Source of the DNA: a virus
Length of the DNA stretch: 64,000 bases
Reading direction: 5' to 3' (one strand)
Virus record (IMG/VR): IMGVR_UViG_3300045988_135716
Coordinates: 96,001 to 160,000 of that record
Part shown: positions 27,424 to 37,427 of the stretch, piece after piece
Numbering within the stretch: the stretch's first letter is position 1
Layout: each line of letters starts with the position of its first letter
Notes under the pieces: model-generated
Told to the model about the DNA's origin: nothing
The model's input: the letters and a program-made list of their open reading frames with translations, nothing else
The model's database searches: none
Made by a program: the position numbers and the translations under genes

Positions 27424-27432
27424 GAGAAAAAT

Positions 27433-30400
27433 ATGTATAGTGCATTACACAATCATGATTATTATTCACTTCTTGATGGATATGGAAGTCCAAAGGAAAT
27501 GCTTGATAGAGCAAAAGAAATAGGATTAAAAGCATATGCAATTACAAATCATGGAAATGCTTATGCATTCATTTACTATGATCTTATTAAAAAAGAATAT
27601 CCTGATATTAAGATGATTTATGGATGTGAGTTATATGAATGCGAAGACATTACAATTAAAAACAAAGAAAGTAAATATTTTCATTTAATTTGTCTTATTA
27701 GAAATGAACAGGGAAGAAAAGATTTAAATAAAGTTATTACAAAAAGTAATTTTGAAGGATTTTACTTCAAGCCAAGATGTGCAATTGAAGATTTAAAGCC
27801 TTATGCAGAAAATTTTGTTATTTCATCTGCTTGTTTAGCAAGTAAATTAGCAAGAGAATCAGATTTTAAAAAGTGTATTGAATATGTGAATGAATATAAA
27901 TCTATTTTCCCACATTTCTATCTTGAGATGCAATCTCATAGTCATCAGGATCAGTGTTTATATAACCAAAAAATCTTAGAATTATCAAAAATCACAAATA
28001 CCCCATTTATTATTACAACTGATAGTCATGCTCCAAGAAAAGAAGATTTATATTATCAGGATAAACTTATCCAAATTGGTAGAAAAAGTACAAATAATGA
28101 TAAAAATGCTATTGAAAATAGCGAAATCTATGAAGGTTGTTATATACAGACCGAAGAAGAAATTCATGAATGTATGGATGATCAAATCGGGTATGAAAAT
28201 GTTTGCATTGGATTAGAAAATACAAATAAGGTGGCAGATTTAATTGAAGAAGTTAATATGCCGTTTCAAAAACCTCAACTACCAACATTTCCGCTACCAG
28301 ACGGTTATAAGGACAATAATGAATTTTTATGGCATTTGATAAAACAAGGATGGAAAGATAGAGGATATGATAAGTTAGATAAAGAATCACAACAAATAAG
28401 AAAGAACAGGCTTAACTATGAAATGAGTGTTATTCATTCAATGGGATTTGACGGATATTTCTTGTTTGTGTGGGATTTTATCAAAGCTGCTGAAAATTTA
28501 GGAATTGAAGTTGGCAAAGGTAGGGGTAGTGCCGCAGGCTCACTTGTATGTTATTGCTGTCATATTACAGATATTGATCCTATTAAATATGGATTAATTT
28601 TTGAGCGTTTCTTAAATCCAGAACGTGTCGGACTTCCAGATATAGATACAGATGTTGGTGATAGGGACGCAATTATCAAATATCTTGTAGATAAATATGG
28701 AGAAGATAGAGTATGTCAGATTATCAACTATTCATATATTACTCCAACAGTAGCCATTACTGATGTAGGCAAAATTCTTGGATTCCCATATAACCAGATG
28801 CAAAAACTTTCTCAAAAATTTACATCTGATAAATGGGACGAATGCATGAAAACAAATCCTAAATTGCTTATAGATAATCCACAATATGCAGAACTGTTTG
28901 ATATTGCGAAACATTTAAGTGGTCGTGTAAAAACAGTATCTATTCATGCTGGTGGTATTGGTATTGTTGATACATCTGTTAACGACTATATGCCAATGAA
29001 AATTGGTACAAATGGTGAGCATGTAATCCAAGCAGATAAACACTATATTGAAGATATAGGTATTGTAAAATTTGACCTTTTAGGCGTAGCAACTCTTAAT
29101 CTTGTGAAAGAGATTAAAGATGACTTACATTTAAATCCTTGGGACTATGATATTAACAATCCTGCGTTTGAAAATGATCGACTAACATATGAACTTCTAG
29201 CAAGTGGTAAAACAAATGGAGTATTCCAGGTTGAATCAGCAGGAATGAAAGACTTGCTTATTAGGTTAAAACCAAAATTAGAACAATTAGACTTTGAAGT
29301 TATTTCTGTTATTTTAGCACTGTATAGACCAGATAGTATGGGCGCACTTGATGAATATGTTGAGATGGCTACAGGAGGAAGTAGACCACCATCAATTCAT
29401 CCTGATATGGACGAAATTCTTAAAGATACAAATTACTGTATGATTTATCAGGAGCAATTACTTGATATTGTAAAAAAGTTTGGTGGAAGAACATATGGTG
29501 GTGCGGATTTGTTCCGTAAGGCAATTGGAAAGAAGATTGTAGAATTAGTTAAAAAAGAGTCTGAAATTCTTAGAAATGAAATAGTTGACAATGGCTATTC
29601 AAAAGAAATTGCTAATAAAATTGCAGATGAACTTTCTTCTAAAGGAGGTTATCTTTTCAACAAAAGTCATTCATATAGCTATGCGGTACTTTGTTTTGAA
29701 ACTGCATGGTTCAAAGCTCACTATCCTACATATTTTTTCAAGGCATTATTTAACCAAAACAAAGATAAAGCAGGCGCAATCAACAAATATATTCTTGATG
29801 CAAAATATTTTAAAGTAAGTGTTAAACCACCGAATATAAATCATTCTGGTATGAATTTTACAGTAGATAATGGACAAGTATTATTTGGGTTATCTGCAAT
29901 TAGTGGCATTGGAGAATCACTTTCTAAGCAGATCATTGAAGAAAGAGAGAATAATGGTATATATAAATCATTTAATGATTTGGTAACAAGACTTTCTTTA
30001 GGCAAAGCTTCTGTTATTGCGTTAATTAAATCTGGTGCGATTCCATGTAAAAATAAAAAAGAAAAACTTGTATCATATTTAAAATCACAATATCAACCAC
30101 TTAAATTTTCAGAAGTACAATCTTTACCTACATATAAAAAACTTGAAGAAGATTGGGGAATTAATTTACAAGACTATATTATTTCTACATCTGGAAAAAG
30201 AATAGTATACGATAAAGATGCGTTACTTATTAAATATAACAAGTTAAAAAAAGAACAATTTAATGATAGTCAGGAAATTAGATTTCAAAAATATATTGAT
30301 GAGAATAAGAAATATCTTGAAGATGAACAGTTTTGGGAATTTCAGACATTGCAAGTCTTTATTAATGACAATCCATTTGATGCAGCGTATAAATTTTTGA

Positions 30401-30702
30401 CACCATTTGAAGATATTATTGATGGAGAGAAATGTACATTAGTTGGTATTATTGCAAAAGTGCAAAAAAAGAAAGACAAAAATGGTAAACAATTTGCATA
30501 TATCAATATATATTCAAGTTTTGGGCTAGTAGAAGGAATTGTTTGGCATAATCAATTAAAAGAATATGAAGATATTGTAAAAAAAGGACAACAGGTGGCG
30601 ATTCTTTGTAAGAAAGATAGTGAAGAAAAAGTAGTTGTAGAGAAATTAAAACCATACAACAAATGGTTAGAATATGTGAGAAAACAAGGGGTGAAAGTAT
30701 AA
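27433..30702 (+). CDS. dnaE: DNA polymerase III alpha subunit (DnaE-type) with PHP domain
   Basis: 1089 aa. Contains the LHNHDYYSLLDG PHP start, GRGSAAGSLV, PDIDTD and KFDLLG motifs. Confidence 0.9.
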   Translation: MYSALHNHDYYSLLDGYGSPKEMLDRAKEIGLKAYAITNHGNAYAFIYYDLIKKEYPDIKMIYGCELYECEDITIKNKESKYFHLICLIRNEQGRKDLNKVITKSNFEGFYFKPRCAIEDLKPYAENFVISSACLASKLARESDFKKCIEYVNEYKSIFPHFYLEMQSHSHQDQCLYNQKILELSKITNTPFIITTDSHAPRKEDLYYQDKLIQIGRKSTNNDKNAIENSEIYEGCYIQTEEEIHECMDDQIGYENVCIGLENTNKVADLIEEVNMPFQKPQLPTFPLPDGYKDNNEFLWHLIKQGWKDRGYDKLDKESQQIRKNRLNYEMSVIHSMGFDGYFLFVWDFIKAAENLGIEVGKGRGSAAGSLVCYCCHITDIDPIKYGLIFERFLNPERVGLPDIDTDVGDRDAIIKYLVDKYGEDRVCQIINYSYITPTVAITDVGKILGFPYNQMQKLSQKFTSDKWDECMKTNPKLLIDNPQYAELFDIAKHLSGRVKTVSIHAGGIGIVDTSVNDYMPMKIGTNGEHVIQADKHYIEDIGIVKFDLLGVATLNLVKEIKDDLHLNPWDYDINNPAFENDRLTYELLASGKTNGVFQVESAGMKDLLIRLKPKLEQLDFEVISVILALYRPDSMGALDEYVEMATGGSRPPSIHPDMDEILKDTNYCMIYQEQLLDIVKKFGGRTYGGADLFRKAIGKKIVELVKKESEILRNEIVDNGYSKEIANKIADELSSKGGYLFNKSHSYSYAVLCFETAWFKAHYPTYFFKALFNQNKDKAGAINKYILDAKYFKVSVKPPNINHSGMNFTVDNGQVLFGLSAISGIGESLSKQIIEERENNGIYKSFNDLVTRLSLGKASVIALIKSGAIPCKNKKEKLVSYLKSQYQPLKFSEVQSLPTYKKLEEDWGINLQDYIISTSGKRIVYDKDALLIKYNKLKKEQFNDSQEIRFQKYIDENKKYLEDEQFWEFQTLQVFINDNPFDAAYKFLTPFEDIIDGEKCTLVGIIAKVQKKKDKNGKQFAYINIYSSFGLVEGIVWHNQLKEYEDIVKKGQQVAILCKKDSEEKVVVEKLKPYNKWLEYVRKQGVKV

Positions 30703-32952
30703 ATGAATGAAGATGATATTTTACAGTTTAATATAATTGTATTAAGCGAAACGTATTATTCAGACGAAACAACATGGGGATGTTTTAATTTCTCTACAAA
30801 AGATGATATTCCATACTTTGTAGAAACATCTATATCATTTGATCCATTTAAAGAAAACCATTCAGATGAGAATGTAAAAGTAAGTAAGTTAGTAGGTAAA
30901 ATGCAACATCTAGTTGTTGGTGGAGAATATATAGTTAAAGCGCAATATAAGCGTGACAAAAAATATGGTGATCAGTACACTCCGATTGCAATTTATGCGG
31001 TTATTCCTCAAACGAGAGAAACACAATTACTATTTTTGAAATCAATGATTCCTATTACAATTGCAGAAAATCTTATAGACGCATATCCAAATGTCGTAAA
31101 TGATGTTGCGAATGGGACTTTAAAGGATATTGATTATAGCTTAGTAAAAGGAGTAAGAGAATTAACATGGAATAGAATTAAAGAAAAAATTATTAACAAT
31201 TATTTAATTTCGGATATTATTGTGATGTTAAAACCCTTAGGCGTAACATATGCAATGATAAAAAAGCTATTATCAGAAGAGCCTAACCCTGTATTGTTAA
31301 AACAAGAAATTGAAAAAAATCCGTGGATATTAACAAAAATTAACGGGCTAGGGTTCAAACGTGTCGATGACTTAGCATTGAGATTACATCCAGACAAAAT
31401 TGATTCTATAGATAGATTAGTTGCCTTTGTAAAATATTATTTTATAGAACTTGGAGAAAGTAATGGTCATACATGGTGTTCTGAATCTATTTTAAAGTCT
31501 GCAATTAGCAATAATGTTCCTGAATGTGTAGATGAAATAGATTGGTTATTAACTAATGATGAATTTTTATATATTGATAATGAACGTGTAGGACTAAAAT
31601 ATTATCATGATATTGAATTAAAAATATTTGATATTATAAAAAGAAAAGCTGATACATTGACTTTTGATGTTCCCCAAGATGTAGTTGACAATGCAATTAA
31701 TCAAGCCGAAGAGGAGCAAGGTTTTCAGTATACAACTGAACAAAATTATGTAATCAGACAATCACTTCAAAGAAGTGTTAGCTTTATTACAGGGAAAGCA
31801 GGTACGGGAAAATCGTCAATTATGAGAGGAATTATAAAAGCATATCAATTGGCGAATAAAAATATAGCAGCATCCGCTTTATCAGCAATGGCTTCACAAC
31901 GAATTACAGAAGCAACAGATTTTCCTGCCGCTACAATCCATAGAACATTAGGATGTGTTGGATTGAATAAGTTTACATTTAATAAAGATAATCATTTACT
32001 TACTAATGTGGCGTTCATGGATGAAGGAAGTATGGTTAATGCAAGTTTGTTTTTAAATTGGTTAGAAGCAATTGGTAACAATACTAAAATTGTAATTTGC
32101 GGTGATCATAAACAGTTACCACCAATAGGATTTGGTAATATATTTTCAGATTTAATTGAAGTATTTGATAACTCAGTTGTAAGTAAATTAACAAAACCGA
32201 TGCGACAAGCTGAGAAATCTGGAATCCTTGTTGATGCTAATAAAATTCGTGAAAACATTAATCCTATTACAGAAACATTGCAACCTAGAATTATTCATGG
32301 AGAATTACATGATATGTATTATATGTTCCGTACAAATAGACAATCACTATTTAATATTGCAATTAAAACATTTTTGCAGTCAGTTAAAACGGATGGTATT
32401 GATAATGTAGTTATTGCAGTACCTCGGAAACAAGGATGTCTTAATAGTTCAAGAGAAATTAATAAAGTCATTCAGGAGAAATTATTAGGAGAAGAACTGA
32501 AAAGCATTGATAGTTTTGAAGTAACATTTAAACTTGGGGCAAAAGTTATGCAAACAATAAATGATTATGATAAAAATGTTTTCAATGGAGAAATAGGTTA
32601 TATAACAGATATTGGAGAAAGAGAAAATGAAAATAAGAAAAAAGAAGAATACTGTGTTGTAACATATAGAGACACTTTTGGAAAGGACAAACAAATTGAA
32701 TATGTAAAAAAAGAGCTTAATGCGCTAGATCTTGCATATGCTATGACAGTACATAAATTACAAGGAGCAGGTAGAAAAACGGTAATAGGTATTATTGATA
32801 ATACACATTATCAACTATTAGATAACTGTATGTTATATACGTTGATAACTAGGGCAAAAAAGCGTTGCTTATTACTTGCTGAACCACAAGCTTTTTTACA
32901 ATGTATTAGGACAAGTCATAACAGGAGAAATACTTGGATGGCGTTAATGTAA
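30703..32952 (+). CDS. RecD2-like SF1 helicase
   Basis: Contains GKAGTGKSS, GDHKQLPPIG, MTVHKLQGAG and YTLITRAK motifs. Confidence 0.8.
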   Translation: MNEDDILQFNIIVLSETYYSDETTWGCFNFSTKDDIPYFVETSISFDPFKENHSDENVKVSKLVGKMQHLVVGGEYIVKAQYKRDKKYGDQYTPIAIYAVIPQTRETQLLFLKSMIPITIAENLIDAYPNVVNDVANGTLKDIDYSLVKGVRELTWNRIKEKIINNYLISDIIVMLKPLGVTYAMIKKLLSEEPNPVLLKQEIEKNPWILTKINGLGFKRVDDLALRLHPDKIDSIDRLVAFVKYYFIELGESNGHTWCSESILKSAISNNVPECVDEIDWLLTNDEFLYIDNERVGLKYYHDIELKIFDIIKRKADTLTFDVPQDVVDNAINQAEEEQGFQYTTEQNYVIRQSLQRSVSFITGKAGTGKSSIMRGIIKAYQLANKNIAASALSAMASQRITEATDFPAATIHRTLGCVGLNKFTFNKDNHLLTNVAFMDEGSMVNASLFLNWLEAIGNNTKIVICGDHKQLPPIGFGNIFSDLIEVFDNSVVSKLTKPMRQAEKSGILVDANKIRENINPITETLQPRIIHGELHDMYYMFRTNRQSLFNIAIKTFLQSVKTDGIDNVVIAVPRKQGCLNSSREINKVIQEKLLGEELKSIDSFEVTFKLGAKVMQTINDYDKNVFNGEIGYITDIGERENENKKKEEYCVVTYRDTFGKDKQIEYVKKELNALDLAYAMTVHKLQGAGRKTVIGIIDNTHYQLLDNCMLYTLITRAKKRCLLLAEPQAFLQCIRTSHNRRNTWMALM

Positions 32953-32955
32953 CTA

Positions 32956-32975
32956 AATGAAAGCAGAATTTCATT
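32956..32975 (+). repeat. intercistronic stem-loop AATGAAA-GCAGAA-TTTCATT
   Basis: 7-bp stem 4 nt after the TAA stop. Confidence 0.6.
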
Positions 32976-33053
32976 GCAAAAGCGACACTATATATAGTGT
33001 TTCGGATTGATAAAAATACCATATATAGCGTACTAGAAAAGAGGTGAACAACT

Positions 33054-33443
33054 ATTATTCCAGAAAAATGTAATAAATGTGGTTGTGAAGAATTTTATAC
33101 AAAAGAAAGTGGCACACAGACAGGACTTTATTGTAAGAAATGTAATAAATGGATGAAATGGTTAAGTAAGAAAGAAGTAACTGATTTCAATAAGTGCAAC
33201 GTTGCTGATGTACAGATTGATACAAATGGTGACATTCACGGCAAATTAGTTTCTTCAATTGAAGATCGTTTATGGAGATTCGTAGAATTTCTTGATAAGA
33301 AAATTAATGAAGAATTAGAAAGAGAACCATTGTCTCAATCTGATTCTATTGCAAAATGTTCATATTCACTTGCATTAGAAAGAGATAAAAATGCACTAAT
33401 TAATATTCTTAATGGTAGAGAATTTTATGATATAGGAGAGTAA
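33054..33443 (+). CDS. zinc-ribbon protein with a probable ATT start
   Basis: Track ORF 33153..33443 has no SD. The in-frame upstream extension encodes CNKC-17-CKKC. The frame opens at 33048, and the ATT at 33054 lies 6 nt after GAGGTGA. Confidence 0.55.
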   Translation: MIPEKCNKCGCEEFYTKESGTQTGLYCKKCNKWMKWLSKKEVTDFNKCNVADVQIDTNGDIHGKLVSSIEDRLWRFVEFLDKKINEELEREPLSQSDSIAKCSYSLALERDKNALINILNGREFYDIGE

Positions 33444-33445
33444 AT

Positions 33446-33796
33446 ATGTTATATAAAATTGCAAGTATCAAACATAGCGGTACATGTGGCAAACGTGGTA
33501 CTGAAAGAACAGATGGTAGATATCCTCTAAGAATTGGCAGAGTCGTAAAACTCAATATTGATGATATTGAAATTGGATACCCATTAGTGATTAGATATGT
33601 AAAAGATTCTGATGGGATACCAATGAAGTTTAGTTTTTTGAAAACAAGTTATGTTACATCTGTTAATTGCGCAGGAAAAATCTCACGTAATTCATTATTT
33701 GTAGTTGTGGAAACTGAAAATTCTATATTTGAATTTGAAAGAGTTGCGGATTTTTATACAGATTATGCAGAAGTAGAAACGGAAGAATATGAATAA
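33446..33796 (+). CDS. hypothetical protein
   Basis: Track ORF with an AGGAGAG SD. Confidence 0.55.
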   Translation: MLYKIASIKHSGTCGKRGTERTDGRYPLRIGRVVKLNIDDIEIGYPLVIRYVKDSDGIPMKFSFLKTSYVTSVNCAGKISRNSLFVVVETENSIFEFERVADFYTDYAEVETEEYE

Positions 33797-33995
33797 AGAA
33801 GTAAAAGACTACATAATACGAGTAAAAGAAACTTTAATGAGTAAATATAATATGGATGCAGATAGCGCACGTTTTGATATTATATTTTCACATATGTTTT
33901 CTTCATTAGTAAAACCTCCATATGAAGGCATACATAATGACGTAGAAGTTGTTGCGGATAAGATTTACAATGAGTGGATTGAAAGAAGAAGGTGA
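33789..33995 (+). CDS. hypothetical protein
   Basis: Track ORF. Confidence 0.5.
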   Translation: MNKEVKDYIIRVKETLMSKYNMDADSARFDIIFSHMFSSLVKPPYEGIHNDVEVVADKIYNEWIERRR

Positions 33996-34102
33996 TTATA
34001 CGAATTATTATATCTCAGATGTACATTTATTTCATGTATGATGAAGTATATGGATTATACACCTAGAACATTAGCAGAAATTATTGGAAAGGAAGATATT
34101 AA

Positions 34103-34405
34103 ATGCCAGTAAGCAATGATAATTTTTATAAACCAGAAGAAGCTATACACGAATTGCAAGTACAAGAAACTATTCTTAAAACAGCAATTGATGTACAAGT
34201 TGCATTGAGAATTTTAGTTGATAAAGAGATATTAACTCGTGAAGAAGTGCAGAAATATAGAGAAGAAGTAAGTAATAGTCCTAAATATAAAATCGTACTT
34301 GATGATATTAAAAGGCAAAAAGCAGGATTTCAAGCAGCAAAAGATAACCCTCAAGAATATTTAAGAGCGTTATTTAAAGCAAAAATGAATGGAGATATTA
34401 AATAG
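34103..34405 (+). CDS. hypothetical protein
   Basis: Track ORF with a GGAAAGGAAG SD. Confidence 0.55.
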   Translation: MPVSNDNFYKPEEAIHELQVQETILKTAIDVQVALRILVDKEILTREEVQKYREEVSNSPKYKIVLDDIKRQKAGFQAAKDNPQEYLRALFKAKMNGDIK

Positions 34406-34417
34406 AAAGGCGATTAA

Positions 34418-34987
34418 ATGAAAGATATTTTAGGAAGAGAACTACAAGACGGTGATATATGTGTTGGAAAAGGCACTGGACGTAATGTAATTGGAATGTC
34501 AATTTGTGTCTGGTATGGCAATTCAATGACTGATGAAGATGGATGTAAGCGTCATATGAGAGATGTATTTAAAGTTGTAAATCCATCAAGTGATGAACTT
34601 GAAATAGCAGATAAGATTAAAAATAAATTACGAGAACAAGAAGAAGAAAAGGAAAGGAAAAAGAACATTAAAACTATTCCATTAAAAGATTTAGTAATAG
34701 GTGGGATATATAAAGGAATTTATGGAGAATATTATTTATATTTAGGAAACAGAATAGTTTCTAATGAATATAGCGATGGGTTACTTGAAGAAAAAGGGAA
34801 CTGTTTTATTTCTATATCGAAAGATAATACAGAACTAAGAAGAGAATTTAATGTATCAGATATTGAGGTTTTAAAAGGATGTAAAAAATTAGTAGAACAT
34901 ATAAAAACTGTAGAATTAAAAAAATTCCCAATAGTAATTGAGTCCTGTTCTCCGCTTGATTACAAAAGAAAACTTACAATAAGATGA
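34418..34987 (+). CDS. hypothetical protein
   Basis: Track ORF with an AAAGGCGA SD. Confidence 0.55.
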   Translation: MKDILGRELQDGDICVGKGTGRNVIGMSICVWYGNSMTDEDGCKRHMRDVFKVVNPSSDELEIADKIKNKLREQEEEKERKKNIKTIPLKDLVIGGIYKGIYGEYYLYLGNRIVSNEYSDGLLEEKGNCFISISKDNTELRREFNVSDIEVLKGCKKLVEHIKTVELKKFPIVIESCSPLDYKRKLTIR

Positions 34988-35001
34988 AAGAACTGTTTCA
35001 T
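34984..35001 (+). repeat. intercistronic stem-loop ATGAAA-GAACTG-TTTCAT
   Basis: 6-bp stem containing the upstream TGA stop. Its 3' arm abuts the GGAGA SD. Confidence 0.6.
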
Positions 35002-35011
35002 GGAGATTAAA

Positions 35012-35227
35012 ATGAGATATAAGAATAGAATACCAGAATTTACAAAAGAATTCGAAAAAGTATGGGTGAAGTATTATCCAGATTGGAGATTTAGTGAGTT
35101 GATGGACTTTCTACATTATATTGCACTTGAACAGAAACGAGATTCATTCTTTTCAGAAGAATCAGAGATGTTAAAGTATCTGAAAGAATATGCAAAGAAA
35201 AGTCCATATTATAAGGAGAATAAATGA
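35012..35227 (+). CDS. hypothetical protein
   Basis: Internal ATG of track ORF 35000..35227, following GGAGA. Confidence 0.5.
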   Translation: MRYKNRIPEFTKEFEKVWVKYYPDWRFSELMDFLHYIALEQKRDSFFSEESEMLKYLKEYAKKSPYYKENK

Positions 35228-35460
35228 GTAAGAAGAATTATAAATATGTTCCTTGTGTGAAATATGGTGATAATAGCGGATGGATGGGAGATAAATTCTC
35301 TACCATGCAAAAAGCATGGGATTATCTCATGGAACATAAAAAGAAGTATGATACAAGTAACGATGTTGTATTTATAGGCGTTATCAAATGCAAGAAAGAT
35401 GAAAACCCATTTACACGAATTGTTGATATTGGAATAAGGAATTATAACGCATGGGAGTAG
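35224..35460 (+). CDS. hypothetical protein
   Basis: Track ORF with an ATGA overlap. Confidence 0.55.
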   Translation: MSKKNYKYVPCVKYGDNSGWMGDKFSTMQKAWDYLMEHKKKYDTSNDVVFIGVIKCKKDENPFTRIVDIGIRNYNAWE

Positions 35461-37400
35461 AAAGTAAATATAAACGTATTGAAAAGATGAAAAGTTTGAT
35501 TGAAGAACTAAATAATGCTTCTATTGCATATTACACAAGTACACCAATTATGTCTGATTATGACTGGGATAAAAAATATGAAGAATTACAGATATTAGAA
35601 AGTCAAGAAAATATCATCTTCCCAAACAGTCCTACTCAAAACGTTGGATATACTGTATCAGATAAATTGAATGATGTTAAGCTGGATCATTTAATGTTAT
35701 CGCTCGACAAAACAAAATCTCTTAATGATTTAAAACAATTTGCAGGAAATAAACAGTGTATTGTATCTGTGAAATGTGATTGTCTTAGTACGACATTAAA
35801 GTATATTCATGGAGAATTAGTAAGTGCAGTTACTAGAGGTAATGGATATGAAGGTACAGATGTTCTCCAAAATGTATTGACAATCAAAAATATTCCAAAG
35901 AAAATTCCATACGATGATGAACTAATTATTGATGGGGAAACTATTATTGGATGGGACACATTCAATGAGATTAACTCAAAAATTAAACTACCTGACGAAA
36001 AGTATAAACATCCACGAAATCTTGTATCTGGCTCATTACTTTTATTAGACAGTAAAGAAGCTGCACAAAGAAATATGCGATTCATTGCATGGCGTGTTAT
36101 TAAAGGATTTGAACATAAATCTGTTTATGCAGATTTGCTAAATGCAGAAAAATGTGGATTTGAAAGAGTTCCAATGATTCCATATATAGGATGTGAAAAT
36201 ACCCAAACTGTATTAGATACAATTAAAGACGTTGCTGATGCAAACAATATCCCATATGACGGAGCGGTAATGACATATGATGATTACGCTTATGGAGAAT
36301 CATTAGGTAAGACTGATAAATTCTTTAGACATTCTATTGCATATAAATATGAAGATCAGTTATATGAAACTGTACTAAAAGATATTGAATGGAATACTTC
36401 TAAGACAGGATTGATTAATCCAGTAGCAATATTTGAACCTATTGATTTAGATGGTGCAATTACAACCAGAGCTACATTACATAACATTTCTTATATCAAA
36501 AAATTATCTCTTGGTATCGGTGACAGAATCAGAGTATATCGCTCAAATAAAGTTATTCCAAAAGTACATGATAGTATTGATAAATCAAATAATTTTACAA
36601 TTCCAGATAAATGTCCTATTTGTGGTGGAGAAACTAAAATTGTAAAAGAAAATGATTCGGAAGTTCTTATGTGTATAAATAATGATTGTCAAGGTAAATT
36701 ATTAGGCAAACTTGTTCATGCGGTAAGTAGAAATGCACTGAATATTGACGGATTATCAGAAGCTACACTTGAGAAATTTATTTCTCTTGGATGGTTAGAT
36801 TCCATTAAGAGTATTTATCATCTATCCGATTATAAAGGGAAAATGTATGGTCTTGATGGATTTGGTAAAAAATCAGTAGATAAATTGTTAAAGTCTATTG
36901 AAAAGAGCAAAGAAACTACACTTGACAGATTTGTTTATAGTTTGTCAATTCCTATGATTGGTAAAAGTGCAAGTAAAGATGTTGCTGAATTTTTTGAATA
37001 TGATTTGATAAAATTTTTGGGGAAAACATATTCTGTCAATTGTTTAGGCGATGTAGCTTACAAGAATTATAAAAAATATTGTAGAAATCATTATGAAGAA
37101 ATTCTTGATTTGTCAAGTGAGTTTAATTTTAAAACACAAGATAAATCGCTAACAAACAAAACAAATATTCTTCAAGACAAAACATTTGTTATAACAGGAT
37201 CATTAGAGAAATACAGTAATAGAGATGAACTGAAATCTATTATTGAGTCAAATGGCGGTAAAGTATCTGGTTCTGTATCTGCTAAGACATTTGCGTTGAT
37301 TAATAATGATATTGAATCTTCTTCCAGTAAGAACAAGAAAGCAAAATCATTGGGAGTGCAAATTATCAATGAAGAACAATTTATGCAACTATTAAATTAA
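35451..37400 (+). CDS. ligA: NAD-dependent DNA ligase (LigA family), divergent motifs
   Basis: Contains an Ia-like AYYTSTPIMSDYDWD, an adenylation region VKCDC...TRGNG, a Zn finger CPICGG...CINNDC and a C-terminal BRCT (KTFVITGSL...GGKVSGSVS). Confidence 0.8.
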   Translation: MGVESKYKRIEKMKSLIEELNNASIAYYTSTPIMSDYDWDKKYEELQILESQENIIFPNSPTQNVGYTVSDKLNDVKLDHLMLSLDKTKSLNDLKQFAGNKQCIVSVKCDCLSTTLKYIHGELVSAVTRGNGYEGTDVLQNVLTIKNIPKKIPYDDELIIDGETIIGWDTFNEINSKIKLPDEKYKHPRNLVSGSLLLLDSKEAAQRNMRFIAWRVIKGFEHKSVYADLLNAEKCGFERVPMIPYIGCENTQTVLDTIKDVADANNIPYDGAVMTYDDYAYGESLGKTDKFFRHSIAYKYEDQLYETVLKDIEWNTSKTGLINPVAIFEPIDLDGAITTRATLHNISYIKKLSLGIGDRIRVYRSNKVIPKVHDSIDKSNNFTIPDKCPICGGETKIVKENDSEVLMCINNDCQGKLLGKLVHAVSRNALNIDGLSEATLEKFISLGWLDSIKSIYHLSDYKGKMYGLDGFGKKSVDKLLKSIEKSKETTLDRFVYSLSIPMIGKSASKDVAEFFEYDLIKFLGKTYSVNCLGDVAYKNYKKYCRNHYEEILDLSSEFNFKTQDKSLTNKTNILQDKTFVITGSLEKYSNRDELKSIIESNGGKVSGSVSAKTFALINNDIESSSSKNKKAKSLGVQIINEEQFMQLLN

Positions 37401-37427
37401 CATTATAATAGGAAAGGATTTTATAAA

